Shown: positions 1-9,060, numbered from the stretch's first letter. The stretch: 64,000 bases of DNA from an uncultured Actinomycetota bacterium (GCA_963838025.1 CAWIPF010000001.1:2751757-2815756); one strand, 5' to 3'. The notes: generated from the letters alone by a model not told the origin. Translations and numbers: made by a program.

Positions 1-203
1 GGCCCGGGGTGCTGTCCTGGGGCACGGTGCTGGCCCGCTGGCTGGCGCAGAACATCGGTGCGCTGCTCGCCCTCGTGCCGGTGGTCGGCGCGCTGGGCTC
101 GCTCTACGGCCTGCTCGACGTGCTGTGGCCGTTGTGGGACGGCAAGCGCCAGGCGCTGCACGACAAGGTGGCGCGCACCAACGTCGTCCGCCGGGCCCCC
201 TGA
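1..203 (+). CDS. 3' end of a membrane protein (RDD-family-like); 5' end lies outside the window
   Basis: Frame is open from the window edge to TGA at 201-203. Hydrophobic segment LLALVPVVGALGSLYGLL followed by a basic tail; high GC3. Confidence 0.4.
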   Translation, partial: PGVLSWGTVLARWLAQNIGALLALVPVVGALGSLYGLLDVLWPLWDGKRQALHDKVARTNVVRRAP

Positions 204-207
204 CCGG

Positions 208-582
208 TCAGAGGCGGGACAGGAAGCGTTCGCGGTCCACGACCACCCGGGTCACCTCTCCGTGCCCCACGAGCCTGGCGTCGTCCGCGTGCGTGGCGAC
301 CACCTCGAAGCGCAGCAGCCGCCCGTCGACGTGCGCCAGGGTGGCGACGACCCGGACCCGGGCGCCGACCGGGCTGGCGCCGACGTGGTCGAGCCGCACC
401 CGGGTGCCGACGCTGGTGCGGCCGGCCGGCAGGCCGTCCACGACCGCCGCGCAGGTGGCCGCCTCGCACCAGGCCAGCAGCCGGGGCGTCCCGAGCACCG
501 GGAGGTCACCGGAGCCCAGCGCGGCCGCGGTGTCGCTCTCGGTGACGGTGAACTCCGACGTCGCCTGCTGTCCGGTCTGCAT
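208..582 (-). CDS. hotdog-fold thioesterase
   Basis: Track ORF 208..639; internal ATG at 582 gives about 124 aa. Sequence TSVGTRVRLDHVGASPVG...GHGEVTRVVV resembles small acyl-CoA thioesterases. Confidence 0.6.
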   Translation of the reverse strand: MQTGQQATSEFTVTESDTAAALGSGDLPVLGTPRLLAWCEAATCAAVVDGLPAGRTSVGTRVRLDHVGASPVGARVRVVATLAHVDGRLLRFEVVATHADDARLVGHGEVTRVVVDRERFLSRL

Positions 583-701
583 GCGGCCATCCTGCCGCTC
601 CCCTCCCGATTGGCCGAAGCGGGGGCACACCTGAGACAATGGTGGTCAGCCCCGGTCTCGACGGTCGGGGCTGCTGACTGATCAGCGTTGAGGAGGAGAC
701 C

Positions 702-776
702 ATGGGTAAGACCGGCCGCAAGCGCCGCGCCCGCAAGAAGAAGGGCGCCAACCACGGCAAGCGCCCCAACGCCTGA
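702..776 (+). CDS. 24-aa lysine/arginine-rich micro-protein, ribosomal protein bL37-like
   Basis: GAGGAGGAG RBS 6 nt upstream of the ATG. Product MGKTGRKRRARKKKGANHGKRPNA matches the actinobacterial bL37 peptide as I recall it. Too short for the ORF track. Confidence 0.65.
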   Translation: MGKTGRKRRARKKKGANHGKRPNA

Positions 777-801
777 CCCCAGGCGGTTCTTGCGCGCACC
801 A

Positions 802-856
802 CGCGCAGACGCAGAAGGACCCCGTGCCGACCGGCCGGGGTCCTTTCGTCTGCGCG
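802..856. terminator. bidirectional hairpin between convergent bL37 and rsrA genes
   Basis: CGCGCAGACG (802-811) is the exact reverse complement of CGTCTGCGCG (847-856). An inner AAGGACCCCG/CGGGGTCCTT stem lies inside it. Confidence 0.55.
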
Positions 857-863
857 TGGTGGG

Positions 864-1148
864 CTACTCGTCGGGGAGCAGCCGGCCCTCGTGGATCTCG
901 ACCTGGACCTGGCGGATCCGGAGCAGCACCTTCTCCCGCAGGGTCTCCGGGGCGTGCTCCGAGCAGGACCGGGCGACGAGCATCTTCACGGTGCGCTCGA
1001 GGTCGTACTTCTCCAGGCACGGCCCGCACTCGTGCAGGTGCTGGGCGATCTCGTCGTGGTCGGCCTTGTCGATCTCGTTGTCGATGAAGAAGAACACCCG
1101 TTCGAGGACCTCGGAGCAGTCCTTGTCGTGGTGGTTGCCGCAGCTCAT
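864..1148 (-). CDS. rsrA: zinc-binding anti-sigma factor (ZAS) RsrA/RshA
   Basis: 94 aa, [11 protein letters not shown]...HLHECGPC (H-x3-C-x2-C). ATGA overlap with the upstream sigma gene. Confidence 0.85.
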   Translation of the reverse strand: MSCGNHHDKDCSEVLERVFFFIDNEIDKADHDEIAQHLHECGPCLEKYDLERTVKMLVARSCSEHAPETLREKVLLRIRQVQVEIHEGRLLPDE

Positions 1149-1783
1149 GATTCCTCCCCCTTGGAGGCGGACGCCACGGACATGCCACGCCCGAGCGCGT
1201 AGTCCTCGAGCATCTCGCGCAGCTGGCGCCGTCCGCGATGCAGCCGCGACATGACCGTGCCGATCGGGGTCTCCATGATCTCCGCGATCTCCTTGTAGGG
1301 GAAGCCCTCGACGTCGGCGAGGTAGACCGCGAGCCGGAAGTCCTCCGGGAGCTTCTGGAGCGCGTCCTTCACGTCGCTGTCCGGGAGGCGCTCGAGCGCT
1401 TCGGTCTCCGCCGACTTGAGGCCGGCCGAGGTGTGCGACTCGGCGCGGTGCAGCTGCCAGTCCTCCACGTCCTCCGACATGGACTGCTGGGGCTCCCGCT
1501 GCTTCTTGCGGTAGGTGTTGATGAACGTGTTGGTCAGGATCCGGTAGAGCCAGGCCTTGAGGTTGGTGCCCGGGCGGAACTGGTGGAAGGAGCCGAACGC
1601 CTTCGCGAACGTCTCCTGGACGAGGTCCTCGGCGTCCGCCGGGTTGCGGGTCATCCGCATGGCGGCCGAGTACAGCTGGTCCAGGTAGGGCATCGCGTCG
1701 CGTTCGAAGCGCAGCGACCGCTGCTCCTCCGTCTCCGTGTCCACGGAGACCTCGGGGTCCGGGGTGCGGGTGTCGTCTGTCAT
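1145..1783 (-). CDS. sigH: ECF sigma factor SigH/SigR
   Basis: Region 2 ([19 protein letters not shown]) and region 4 ([26 protein letters not shown]). ATG at 1783 is preceded by GGAGG. The frame stays open to GTG 1867. Confidence 0.85.
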   Translation of the reverse strand: MTDDTRTPDPEVSVDTETEEQRSLRFERDAMPYLDQLYSAAMRMTRNPADAEDLVQETFAKAFGSFHQFRPGTNLKAWLYRILTNTFINTYRKKQREPQQSMSEDVEDWQLHRAESHTSAGLKSAETEALERLPDSDVKDALQKLPEDFRLAVYLADVEGFPYKEIAEIMETPIGTVMSRLHRGRRQLREMLEDYALGRGMSVASASKGEES

Positions 1784-1898
1784 TGCCTCCCAGCCTACCG
1801 GCAGCGCGGGGTACGACGTCCCGCTGCTCCGCCCGCAGCCGGGATCGCGGGTCAGGGTCGCGGTCACACGTGCTCCTCTCGCCTCGTCCTACCAGGCG

Positions 1899-1925
1899 CA
1901 ACACGTCATCCGCTGGTTCGATTCC
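1899..1925 (-). promoter_or_regulatory. SigH/SigR-type promoter (GGAAT-N18-GTTG) upstream of sigH
   Basis: On the minus strand: GGAAT at 1925-1921, an exact 18-nt spacer, GTTG at 1902-1899. It overlaps the 3' end of the upstream hydrolase gene. Confidence 0.6.
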
Positions 1926-2553
1926 CGACGACGTCGCGGATGATCCACTCCAACGTGGCCTCCACGATGATGCCGAGCGCGTCCTCCTGGGTGATCGGGC
2001 CGCGCTTGGGGACCGCGAAGCCGTGGTTCGCCCCGGGGACGACCGCCAGCTCGTGGTCGGACGGGAACTCGTCGGGACGGCCGAACGGGTCGCGCTCCCC
2101 CTGGATCACCAGCGTGGGGACCCCGGCCGCCTCGAGCTCCTCGAGCCGGGACCGTTCGGGCCGCCCGGGCGGGTGCAACGGGAAGGCGAGTGCCAGGCAG
2201 CCGGCGGCGCCGAGGCGCGCGGCCGTGCGTGCCGCCGACCTCGCCCCGGCGCTGCGTCCGCCCACCACGAGCGGGCTCCGGACGCGCAGCGCCCGGGCGG
2301 CGGCCACGAAGCACTCGTCGAGAACCTGGGGGCGCGGGGCGATCCTGCGGCCGGCGTGCCGCCACGGCTGCTCGACCCGGACCACGGTGACGTCCTGGCG
2401 GGGCAGCGCCTCGGCGAGCGCGACGAGGTCGGGCGACTCCGGTCCCCCGCCGGCCCCGTGGCCGAGCAGGAGGGTCGCGATCGGTCTCCGGGCCCGGTCC
2501 CGGAGAAGTCGCGCCTCCCCGTGCGGGGTGGCGACCAGCTGGACCCGGCTCAC
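1906..2553 (-). CDS. alpha/beta hydrolase (dienelactone hydrolase/KANL3-like)
   Basis: GTG at 2553 overlaps the SRAP stop (GTGA). Motifs LLLGHGAGGG and VVGGRSAGARSA (nucleophile elbow G-x-S-x-G). Confidence 0.7.
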   Translation of the reverse strand: MSRVQLVATPHGEARLLRDRARRPIATLLLGHGAGGGPESPDLVALAEALPRQDVTVVRVEQPWRHAGRRIAPRPQVLDECFVAAARALRVRSPLVVGGRSAGARSAARTAARLGAAGCLALAFPLHPPGRPERSRLEELEAAGVPTLVIQGERDPFGRPDEFPSDHELAVVPGANHGFAVPKRGPITQEDALGIIVEATLEWIIRDVVGNRTSG

Positions 2554-3311
2554 GGGGTCGGCTCCGGCCGCAGCGGGTCGAGCAGCTCGGCGCCGTTGTT
2601 GCGCACGTTGTTGACCTCGGTGCCCACCGGGTAGGCCTCGAGACGTCCCGGGGCCGCCGGGACCAGCAGCTTCTTCAGCTCGTCGGGGTCGCCTCCGGCG
2701 GGGTCCAACCACGCGTCGTAGCGGTCGTGCTCGACCAGGAGCGGCATCCGGTCGTGGATCTGGCCGACCGCGTCGGTCGCGGTGGTGGTGATCACCGTGC
2801 ACGTCCACCGGAACCGCTCGGGGTCGTCGTCGTCGCGGGTCGGGTCCCGCCAGATCTCGTAGAGGCCCGCCATCGCCATCACGCTGCCGTCCGCGGGATG
2901 GATGAAGAACGGCTGCTTGAGCGGCTTGCCCGCCTTCGTCTTCTGGTCGGTGGCGTACCACTCGTAGTAGCCGTCGGCCGGGAGCAGGCAGCGGCGGGAG
3001 GCGAACGCCCGACGGAAGGCCGGCTTCTCATGGACCGTCTCCATCCGGGCGTTGATCATCCGGTTGCCGATCGCGGGGTCCTTCGCCCAGAACGGCACCA
3101 GACCCCAGCGCACGGTCCGCAGCTGGCGCTCGGGAGGTCGGGCCGGCTCGGCCTCGTCGCCCGAGGGCGGACGCTCGACGACCGCGTAGACCTCCTTGGT
3201 GGGGGCGACGTTGTAGTCGGGGGCAAGGGTCTGCTTGACCTCCACCTTGTCGATCTCGAACTCCTCGACGAGGTCCTCGGGACGTCGGCTCGACGCGTAG
3301 CGACCGCACAT
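2550..3311 (-). CDS. SOS response-associated peptidase (SRAP/YedK family, abasic-site DNA-protein crosslink)
   Basis: N-terminal MCGRY (catalytic Cys2), then NVAPT and WGLVPFWAK motifs; 253 aa. Confidence 0.9.
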   Translation of the reverse strand: MCGRYASSRRPEDLVEEFEIDKVEVKQTLAPDYNVAPTKEVYAVVERPPSGDEAEPARPPERQLRTVRWGLVPFWAKDPAIGNRMINARMETVHEKPAFRRAFASRRCLLPADGYYEWYATDQKTKAGKPLKQPFFIHPADGSVMAMAGLYEIWRDPTRDDDDPERFRWTCTVITTTATDAVGQIHDRMPLLVEHDRYDAWLDPAGGDPDELKKLLVPAAPGRLEAYPVGTEVNNVRNNGAELLDPLRPEPTP

Positions 3312-3369
3312 GCGCTTCAGCGTAGTGCGGGTCGCCCGAGCGGCCGGGTCGCCCGGCCGGCCGGGCGGG

Positions 3370-4122
3370 TCAGCGGGCCAGGTCGTCCAGCAGTCGGCTG
3401 CCGGACTCCGCGGACGCGGGCAGGCCCTCGATCCAGACCCGGGTGTCGGCGCTCCCGAGGTCGAGGTCGCCCAGGAAGTCCCGGAGCAGCGCCACCGAGC
3501 TGCCCAGGGCCGGTCCGCGCGCGACGACGGCCACCGCCCGGTCGACCCCCAGCCGGCCGATCGTCTGCCCGCCGGAGTAGACCGCCCGGATCGCCTCGGT
3601 CACCTGGACCAGCCGCAGCGCGCGGTTGAACCGGTGCCCCGGCGGCTCCAGGCCCGCACGCGAGCAGACGTCGACGACGACCAGGGCGTGGCTGCTGTGC
3701 ACGCTCCGGCCACTGAGCTCGGCGTCCCGGTAGATCTCCGAGAGCCGGGTGCGCACGTGAGCAAGGCTCGCGAGCCCGGTGAGCGGGTCCTCGCAGGACA
3801 GGTCGTGCAGGTACTCCAGCGTGGCCTCGCTCCAGGCCAGCGAGAGCGCCTCGGTGGCGTCGAAGTCGGGCGGGCGGCCGAGGACCACGTCGTAGGTCAC
3901 GCGCAGCCCGGACAGTGCCTCTCCCAGGGCGGCACCGTCACGGGCCACGTCGCGACCAACCACTGCACAGGCCGCAGTGGCGTCCGTGCCGGCAACCAAG
4001 GCCTCCCCTACCGCCTCGAAGCGCACCGGCAGTGCCTGCCGGACCGCCTCGGGAAGCTCCCGCCCCGGTGCCCGCACGGCCGTCGTGGACCGGCGGCGAG
4101 CGAACGAGGTGAAGATCGCCAT
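3370..4122 (-). CDS. degenerate GGDEF-like domain protein
   Basis: DPLTGLASLAHVRTRL resembles the start of a GGDEF domain, but the GGDEF site reads GRLGVDRAV. ATG 4122 has a GAGG RBS; the track start is GTG 4131. Confidence 0.5.
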   Translation of the reverse strand: MAIFTSFARRRSTTAVRAPGRELPEAVRQALPVRFEAVGEALVAGTDATAACAVVGRDVARDGAALGEALSGLRVTYDVVLGRPPDFDATEALSLAWSEATLEYLHDLSCEDPLTGLASLAHVRTRLSEIYRDAELSGRSVHSSHALVVVDVCSRAGLEPPGHRFNRALRLVQVTEAIRAVYSGGQTIGRLGVDRAVAVVARGPALGSSVALLRDFLGDLDLGSADTRVWIEGLPASAESGSRLLDDLAR

Positions 4123-4381
4123 GCGTCCCACCTCTCACCCGGTCGCCGCCACCCCTCCAGTGACGTCCCAACGGCCTTGCACAGGGGAGACGGTCGGGGC
4201 CGGGGGGCATGACGCCGTTTCGGCGACATTCTCCTCGGATGTGTCACGAAGCGGACGCCATCGACGCAATCCCCCGCTTCTCGTCCACGAGACCGGCTCA
4301 GCGGCTACCTTGTGATCGGAGAAACCTGCCCGGTTCCGCGTCACCATCCCGGCCGCCGGTCGTTTCTCCAGTGGGAGACCC

Positions 4382-5695
4382 ATGACCGAGCTGTTGAACG
4401 ACATCGACACGCCCAGCGACGGCGAGCTCATCTCGCGCGTGCGGGGCGGGGACGTCGCTGCCTACGGCGACCTGTTCTCCCGGCACGTCACGGCCGCCAA
4501 CCGGCTCGCCCGGCAGCTCGTCCGGGGTCCCGACGCCGACGACCTCGTGGCCGAGGCGTTCGCCAAGGTGCTGTCGGTGCTCCAGGGCGGGGGCGGCCCC
4601 GACGTCGCGTTCCGCGCCTACCTGCTGACCGCCGTACGGCGCCTGCACGTGGACCGGATCCGGGCGACCTCCAAGCTGCAGACCACCGACGACCTGACCC
4701 CGTTCGACCCCGGCGTCCCGTTCCAGGACACCGCGGTGGCCGGCTTCGAGAGCGGAGCGGCCGCCAAGGCGTTCGCCTCGTTGCCCGAGCGGTGGCAGCT
4801 GGTCCTGTGGCACCTCGAGGTCGAGGGCCAGAAGCCGGCCGACATCGCACCGTTGCTGGGGATGAGCGCGAACTCGGTGTCCGCCCTCGCGTACCGGGCA
4901 CGCGAGGGGCTCCGCCAGGCGTTCTTGACCATGCACCTGTCCGACATCTCCGAGACCAGCTGCCGCTGGGTCAACGAGCACCTCGGCGCCTACGTGCGCA
5001 ACGGGCTCTCCAAGCGCGACACCGGCAAGGTCAAGTCCCACCTCGACGACTGCCGGCGCTGCACCGCGATGTACCTCGAGCTGACCGAGGTGAACTCCAA
5101 CCTGTCGGGCATTATCGCCCCACTGCTCCTCGGCGCCGCCGCGACCGGCTACCTGACCTCCACCGGCGGCATCGGCTCCGCCGGGGTGCTGAGCCTGGTC
5201 GGCAGGGTGCGCGACGTGGTCGCCGCCAACGCCACCGCGGCCACAGCGGGGGCGGTCGCGGTCGGCGTGGCCGCGGCCGCCGTCGTCGGGATCACCCTGG
5301 CCACCGGCCACCCCAAGGAGCAGGTCACGACCGCGGACCGACCGGCGACGGCGCAGACCACACCGGCCACCCCCGGCTCACCGCAGGCACCAGCCGCGAG
5401 AAAGATCGGCTCCGCGTCGACGGCGCCGGGCGCCCTCCCGACGGGTGCCGCCTCGTCCCCGGTCACCTACCTGCCCGCCGGCGCCCCGAGTGCCGACGGC
5501 ACGTCGAACACAGGTCCGGGCCAGTCGTCCCAGGGCCCTACGGGCACCCCGACCACCGGCTCACCCAAGCAGTCGGGCGGCCCATCCACCACTGCCGTCC
5601 CCACCCCCGACCACATCGACACCGGCCGCGCCAGGCGACATCCCGGTCCAGGTCAGGCTCGCCGTCACCGCTGCCGGTATCGCGCTGTCGGTTGA
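4382..5695 (+). CDS. ECF sigma factor fused to a zf-HC2 anti-sigma domain, TM segment and Pro/Thr/Gly linker
   Basis: Sigma region 2 (DLVAEAFAKVL) and region 4 HTH (QKPADIAPLLGMSANSVSALAYRAREGL). These are followed by HLDDCRRC (H-x3-C-x2-C) and hydrophobic IIAPLLLGAAATGYL. The last roughly 25 codons look out of frame. Confidence 0.8.
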   Translation: MTELLNDIDTPSDGELISRVRGGDVAAYGDLFSRHVTAANRLARQLVRGPDADDLVAEAFAKVLSVLQGGGGPDVAFRAYLLTAVRRLHVDRIRATSKLQTTDDLTPFDPGVPFQDTAVAGFESGAAAKAFASLPERWQLVLWHLEVEGQKPADIAPLLGMSANSVSALAYRAREGLRQAFLTMHLSDISETSCRWVNEHLGAYVRNGLSKRDTGKVKSHLDDCRRCTAMYLELTEVNSNLSGIIAPLLLGAAATGYLTSTGGIGSAGVLSLVGRVRDVVAANATAATAGAVAVGVAAAAVVGITLATGHPKEQVTTADRPATAQTTPATPGSPQAPAARKIGSASTAPGALPTGAASSPVTYLPAGAPSADGTSNTGPGQSSQGPTGTPTTGSPKQSGGPSTTAVPTPDHIDTGRARRHPGPGQARRHRCRYRAVG

Positions 5696-7559
5696 CGGCC
5701 AAGTCGGCCTGCCGCCTTCGGTTGACGTGTCCGTCACCCCGTCGACGAGCGGCATCACTCTCGGGCAGGCAGACGGTTGTTCGCTGGACGCTTCGCGGAC
5801 GACCGCGCACTGCATCACCATCTCTGGCAGCGGTGGCAGCCCCCTGGTCAGGTCGAGTGCCGCCACCACGCTGCCTGGCGCCACGTTCTCCAGAGAAATC
5901 GCGTTCACCATCCCGCGCAACCAGCCGGGAACGACGGTGCACGTCGAGGTCTCCCTGCCGAAGGGCTTCGCCGCGAGTGGCAACAGCAGTCAGCTCGGGA
6001 CTGACTTCTCATACGATCCCAAGCCAGCGTCCCTCGCGATGGGAGCCTTGAAGCCCCTACTCGCGTCAAACGCCGACGATCCGTCTAGCGCCGCAGCCAT
6101 CCCCGGCGCGGACGGGCTGTACCGGTTCGCGGGACATGTGTCCGGGATTCCAGACAGCCTGTCGGAAGTCGAGTTCGAGCTAAATGGCGAGGCCACATTC
6201 GAACCGTCGGCGGGCTGTCACGTGCCCACCGGATCGAGCGGCCACCTCCTCGTGTGCAACAGCGCCACACCGCAGCTCAGCCCCGAGTTCGTTCTGAAGA
6301 TGACGGACGGCATCGTCCCGCCCACCGCGGTGTCCCTCACCCTGCTCACGCCCTACGGCTATTACGACACCACGGGCACAAACGACAACTTTGCGCCTGC
6401 CCAACTCGACCCCGCACCCGCTCCGAAGACCGCCGACGTCTCGGTCGCGGACCTTGGCCCGGCCAACGCACCTGCGAACGCGGACGGCACCTACACGCTC
6501 ACGGCGCGGGCTTCAGGCTTCCCTGCGGGATCGCCCGACGCGATCTACACGCTGAACGGCAACGCGTCGTTCGTCGAGGCACTCCCCGGCGACGCATGCC
6601 AGGTGGTCAGCAAGGTGCTCGTCTGCGCGAACCCAGGCAATGGGCCGGTGACGTTCCGCGTCCGGGCGGGCGACAACCTGAAGGACACCTCCAACGTCAC
6701 GCTGCAACTCGCGCCACTGAATGGCTACGACGATCCTGACCCGAGCAACAACTCAACCAACCCCGTCACCTTGCGTGCGGTCCCGAATGCAGACGTGACC
6801 GTCGATGTCCCGGAGCGCGCTCATGAGGACGGCAACGACCCGACCGCAAACACGTACGCCTTCGACGCGACGGTTTCGGGCATTCCCGCGGACGTGCGCT
6901 CGGTGACCTTGTCGTTGCCGGCAGGGACCGGGGCCGAGTGGAAGAAGAGCGAGGGGTGCCAGCCTGCTGGTGAGACGCTCACCTGTGACGTCAAGCCACC
7001 GGCCTCGGCCAACGGCACCCCGACCTTCTCAGCCGATGTCGCTGTCGTGCTCGGATACACAGGGACCGTCGACCTCCCCGCCGAAGTGACCGTCGAGCCG
7101 CCGGCACACTACGTCGACCGGACTCCCGACAAGCCCGCGAGCGATGTCGTCGTTCTGGGGCCCGAGCCGACGGACGCACTCAGCGTCAAGAACCTCGCGT
7201 TGTCGCTGAACAGCCAGAACGACGGCACTCTGTCCCTCGCTGTTTCCGGCGCAGCGACGAAGCGTGGTCTGACACTCACCGTCCGTGACAAGGACGGCCA
7301 CGAAACCGGGCTCAAGTTCCTTTCGAACCAGTCCCAGTGCCAATTCGTCGACGACCACACCGTGACCTGTGCCGCGGGAACGACCGACGTCAAGGTCGAG
7401 GTGACAGCGCCCGCGGGCCTGGTCGAGGGCACGCTCGTCGTCGACGACGGCGTACACGACAGGGCCGAGGCCGACTTCACGCGACTCCAGCAGGGCCCGC
7501 ACGCTAACGAGTTCGCGTCGCGGCGTACGACGTCCGTAGGATCGCCCGCACTGCGGTGA
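5445..7559 (+). CDS. extracytoplasmic repeat protein; probably the frameshifted continuation of 4382..5695
   Basis: Convincing coding starts near 5620 (TTSTPAAPGDIPVQVRLAVT), with no start codon nearby. Five roughly 100-120-aa modules each carry a C-x8-12-C pair. Confidence 0.6.
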   Translation: MPPRPRSPTCPPAPRVPTARRTQVRASRPRALRAPRPPAHPSSRAAHPPLPSPPPTTSTPAAPGDIPVQVRLAVTAAGIALSVDGQVGLPPSVDVSVTPSTSGITLGQADGCSLDASRTTAHCITISGSGGSPLVRSSAATTLPGATFSREIAFTIPRNQPGTTVHVEVSLPKGFAASGNSSQLGTDFSYDPKPASLAMGALKPLLASNADDPSSAAAIPGADGLYRFAGHVSGIPDSLSEVEFELNGEATFEPSAGCHVPTGSSGHLLVCNSATPQLSPEFVLKMTDGIVPPTAVSLTLLTPYGYYDTTGTNDNFAPAQLDPAPAPKTADVSVADLGPANAPANADGTYTLTARASGFPAGSPDAIYTLNGNASFVEALPGDACQVVSKVLVCANPGNGPVTFRVRAGDNLKDTSNVTLQLAPLNGYDDPDPSNNSTNPVTLRAVPNADVTVDVPERAHEDGNDPTANTYAFDATVSGIPADVRSVTLSLPAGTGAEWKKSEGCQPAGETLTCDVKPPASANGTPTFSADVAVVLGYTGTVDLPAEVTVEPPAHYVDRTPDKPASDVVVLGPEPTDALSVKNLALSLNSQNDGTLSLAVSGAATKRGLTLTVRDKDGHETGLKFLSNQSQCQFVDDHTVTCAAGTTDVKVEVTAPAGLVEGTLVVDDGVHDRAEADFTRLQQGPHANEFASRRTTSVGSPALR

Positions 7560-7564
7560 CGGAG

Positions 7565-7761
7565 ACGAGTAGCCGCCGACCGACGGAGCACAGAGAACCG
7601 CCTCCCGGCTGAGAGGGCGGGGTCCGTCCCGGCGCGTGAAGACACTCCCGAGCAGGGCTTCACCAATGAGGCCGCCCCGGCTCGGCGGCGGCGAAGGTGT
7701 GGTGGCACAGCGAAATCCCCCGTCGCCCACACCTCCTGGGGTACGTCCAGGAGGTGAAGAC
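7565..7761 (+). promoter_or_regulatory. T-box-like leader (Asp specifier GAC) with an SD-sequestering hairpin
   Basis: AGUA at 7568-71, AGAGA at 7592-96, GAA-GAC-A at 7638-44, GGUGGCACAGCG at 7701-12 (UGGC at 7703-06). CACCUCCUGG (7730-39) pairs perfectly with CCAGGAGGUG (7747-56), which contains the aspS SD. AGGUGUGG (7695-7702) can alternatively pair with CCACACCU (7727-34). Confidence 0.6.
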
Positions 7762-9060
7762 ATGCAACGCATCCTTGCCGGCGAGCTGATCGCCGGCGCA
7801 GCCACACTCGCCGGTCGGACCGTCACGGTCGCCGGCTGGGTCCATCGACGCCGCACCCTCGCGTCGGTCACGTTCCTCGTCCTCCGCGACCGGACCGGGC
7901 TGGTCCAGGTGGTGGTCAAGGACCCCGAAGTGGTCGCCCAGGTGGCCGGCCTCGGCGAGGAGACCGTCGTCGCCGTGACCGGCACCGTGTCGGTCAACGC
8001 GAGCGCACCGGGTGGCGTCGAGCTCGTCGAGCCGTACGTCGACCCGCTGAGCGACCCCGCGGAGACGCCTCCGGTGGAGCTGTGGCGGCCGACCCTCAGC
8101 GCGAGCCTGCCGACGCTCCTCGACCACGCGCCGGTCACGCTGCGGCACCCGCGGGCCAAGGCCGCCTGGCAGATCGCCTCGGCGAGCATGCAGGGGTTCC
8201 GCGCGGCGCTGGGCGCCCAGGGGTTCACCGAGATCCAGACGCCCAAGCTGGTCGGCGTCAGCACCGAGTCGGGGGCCAACGTGTTCGCCGTCGACTACTT
8301 CGGCCAGCCGGCCTACCTGGCGCAGTCGCCGCAGCTCTACAAGCAGATGCTCGTCGGCGTGTTCGAGCGGGTCTTCGAGGTGGGGCCGGTGTTCCGGGCC
8401 GAGCCGCACGACACCGTGCGCCACATCGCGGAGTACGTCTCGCTCGACGCCGAGCTGGGGTTCATCCGCGACCACCGCGACGTGCTCGCCGTGCTCAGGA
8501 CCGCGCTGGCCGGCATGGTCGAGGCGGTGCGCGAGCGGGCCGCAGCGGCGGTCGAGCTGGTCGACGTACGGCTTCCGGAGGTGCCGGAGGAGATCCCCGT
8601 CGTGCACTTCTCCGACGCCCTGCGGATCGTCGGTGCACCCGCCGACGAGCCGGACCTGGCCCCGGAGCACGAGCGCGCGCTCAGCGCCTGGGCGGAGCGG
8701 GAGCACGCCAGCGAGTTCCTGGCCGTCGAGGGCTACCCGATGCGCAAGCGGCCGTTCTACACCCATCCCCAGCCCGGGGACGAGCAGTGGTCGAACTCCT
8801 TCGACCTGCTCTTCCGGGGCCTGGAGCTGACCACGGGCGGGCAGCGGCTGCACCGCTACGTCGACTACCAGAAGGCGATGGCTGCCGAGGGGCAGGACCC
8901 GGCGGCCTACGCCGGCTACCTGCAGGCCTTCCGGCACGGCATGCCGCCGCACGGCGGCTTCGCGATCGGCCTGGAGCGCTGGGTGGCGCGGCTGACCGGG
9001 GCGGCGAACATCCGGGAGGTCCGGCTGTTCCCCCGTGACCTGCACCGGCTGACTCCGTAG
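7762..9060 (+). CDS. aspS: aspartate--tRNA ligase, archaeal/type-2 (about 432 aa)
   Basis: OB-fold N-terminus (VAGWVHRRRTLASVTFLVLRD) and class II motifs FRAEPHDT and GGFAIGLERWV. ATG 7762 lies behind AGGAGG. Confidence 0.9.
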   Translation: MQRILAGELIAGAATLAGRTVTVAGWVHRRRTLASVTFLVLRDRTGLVQVVVKDPEVVAQVAGLGEETVVAVTGTVSVNASAPGGVELVEPYVDPLSDPAETPPVELWRPTLSASLPTLLDHAPVTLRHPRAKAAWQIASASMQGFRAALGAQGFTEIQTPKLVGVSTESGANVFAVDYFGQPAYLAQSPQLYKQMLVGVFERVFEVGPVFRAEPHDTVRHIAEYVSLDAELGFIRDHRDVLAVLRTALAGMVEAVRERAAAAVELVDVRLPEVPEEIPVVHFSDALRIVGAPADEPDLAPEHERALSAWAEREHASEFLAVEGYPMRKRPFYTHPQPGDEQWSNSFDLLFRGLELTTGGQRLHRYVDYQKAMAAEGQDPAAYAGYLQAFRHGMPPHGGFAIGLERWVARLTGAANIREVRLFPRDLHRLTP

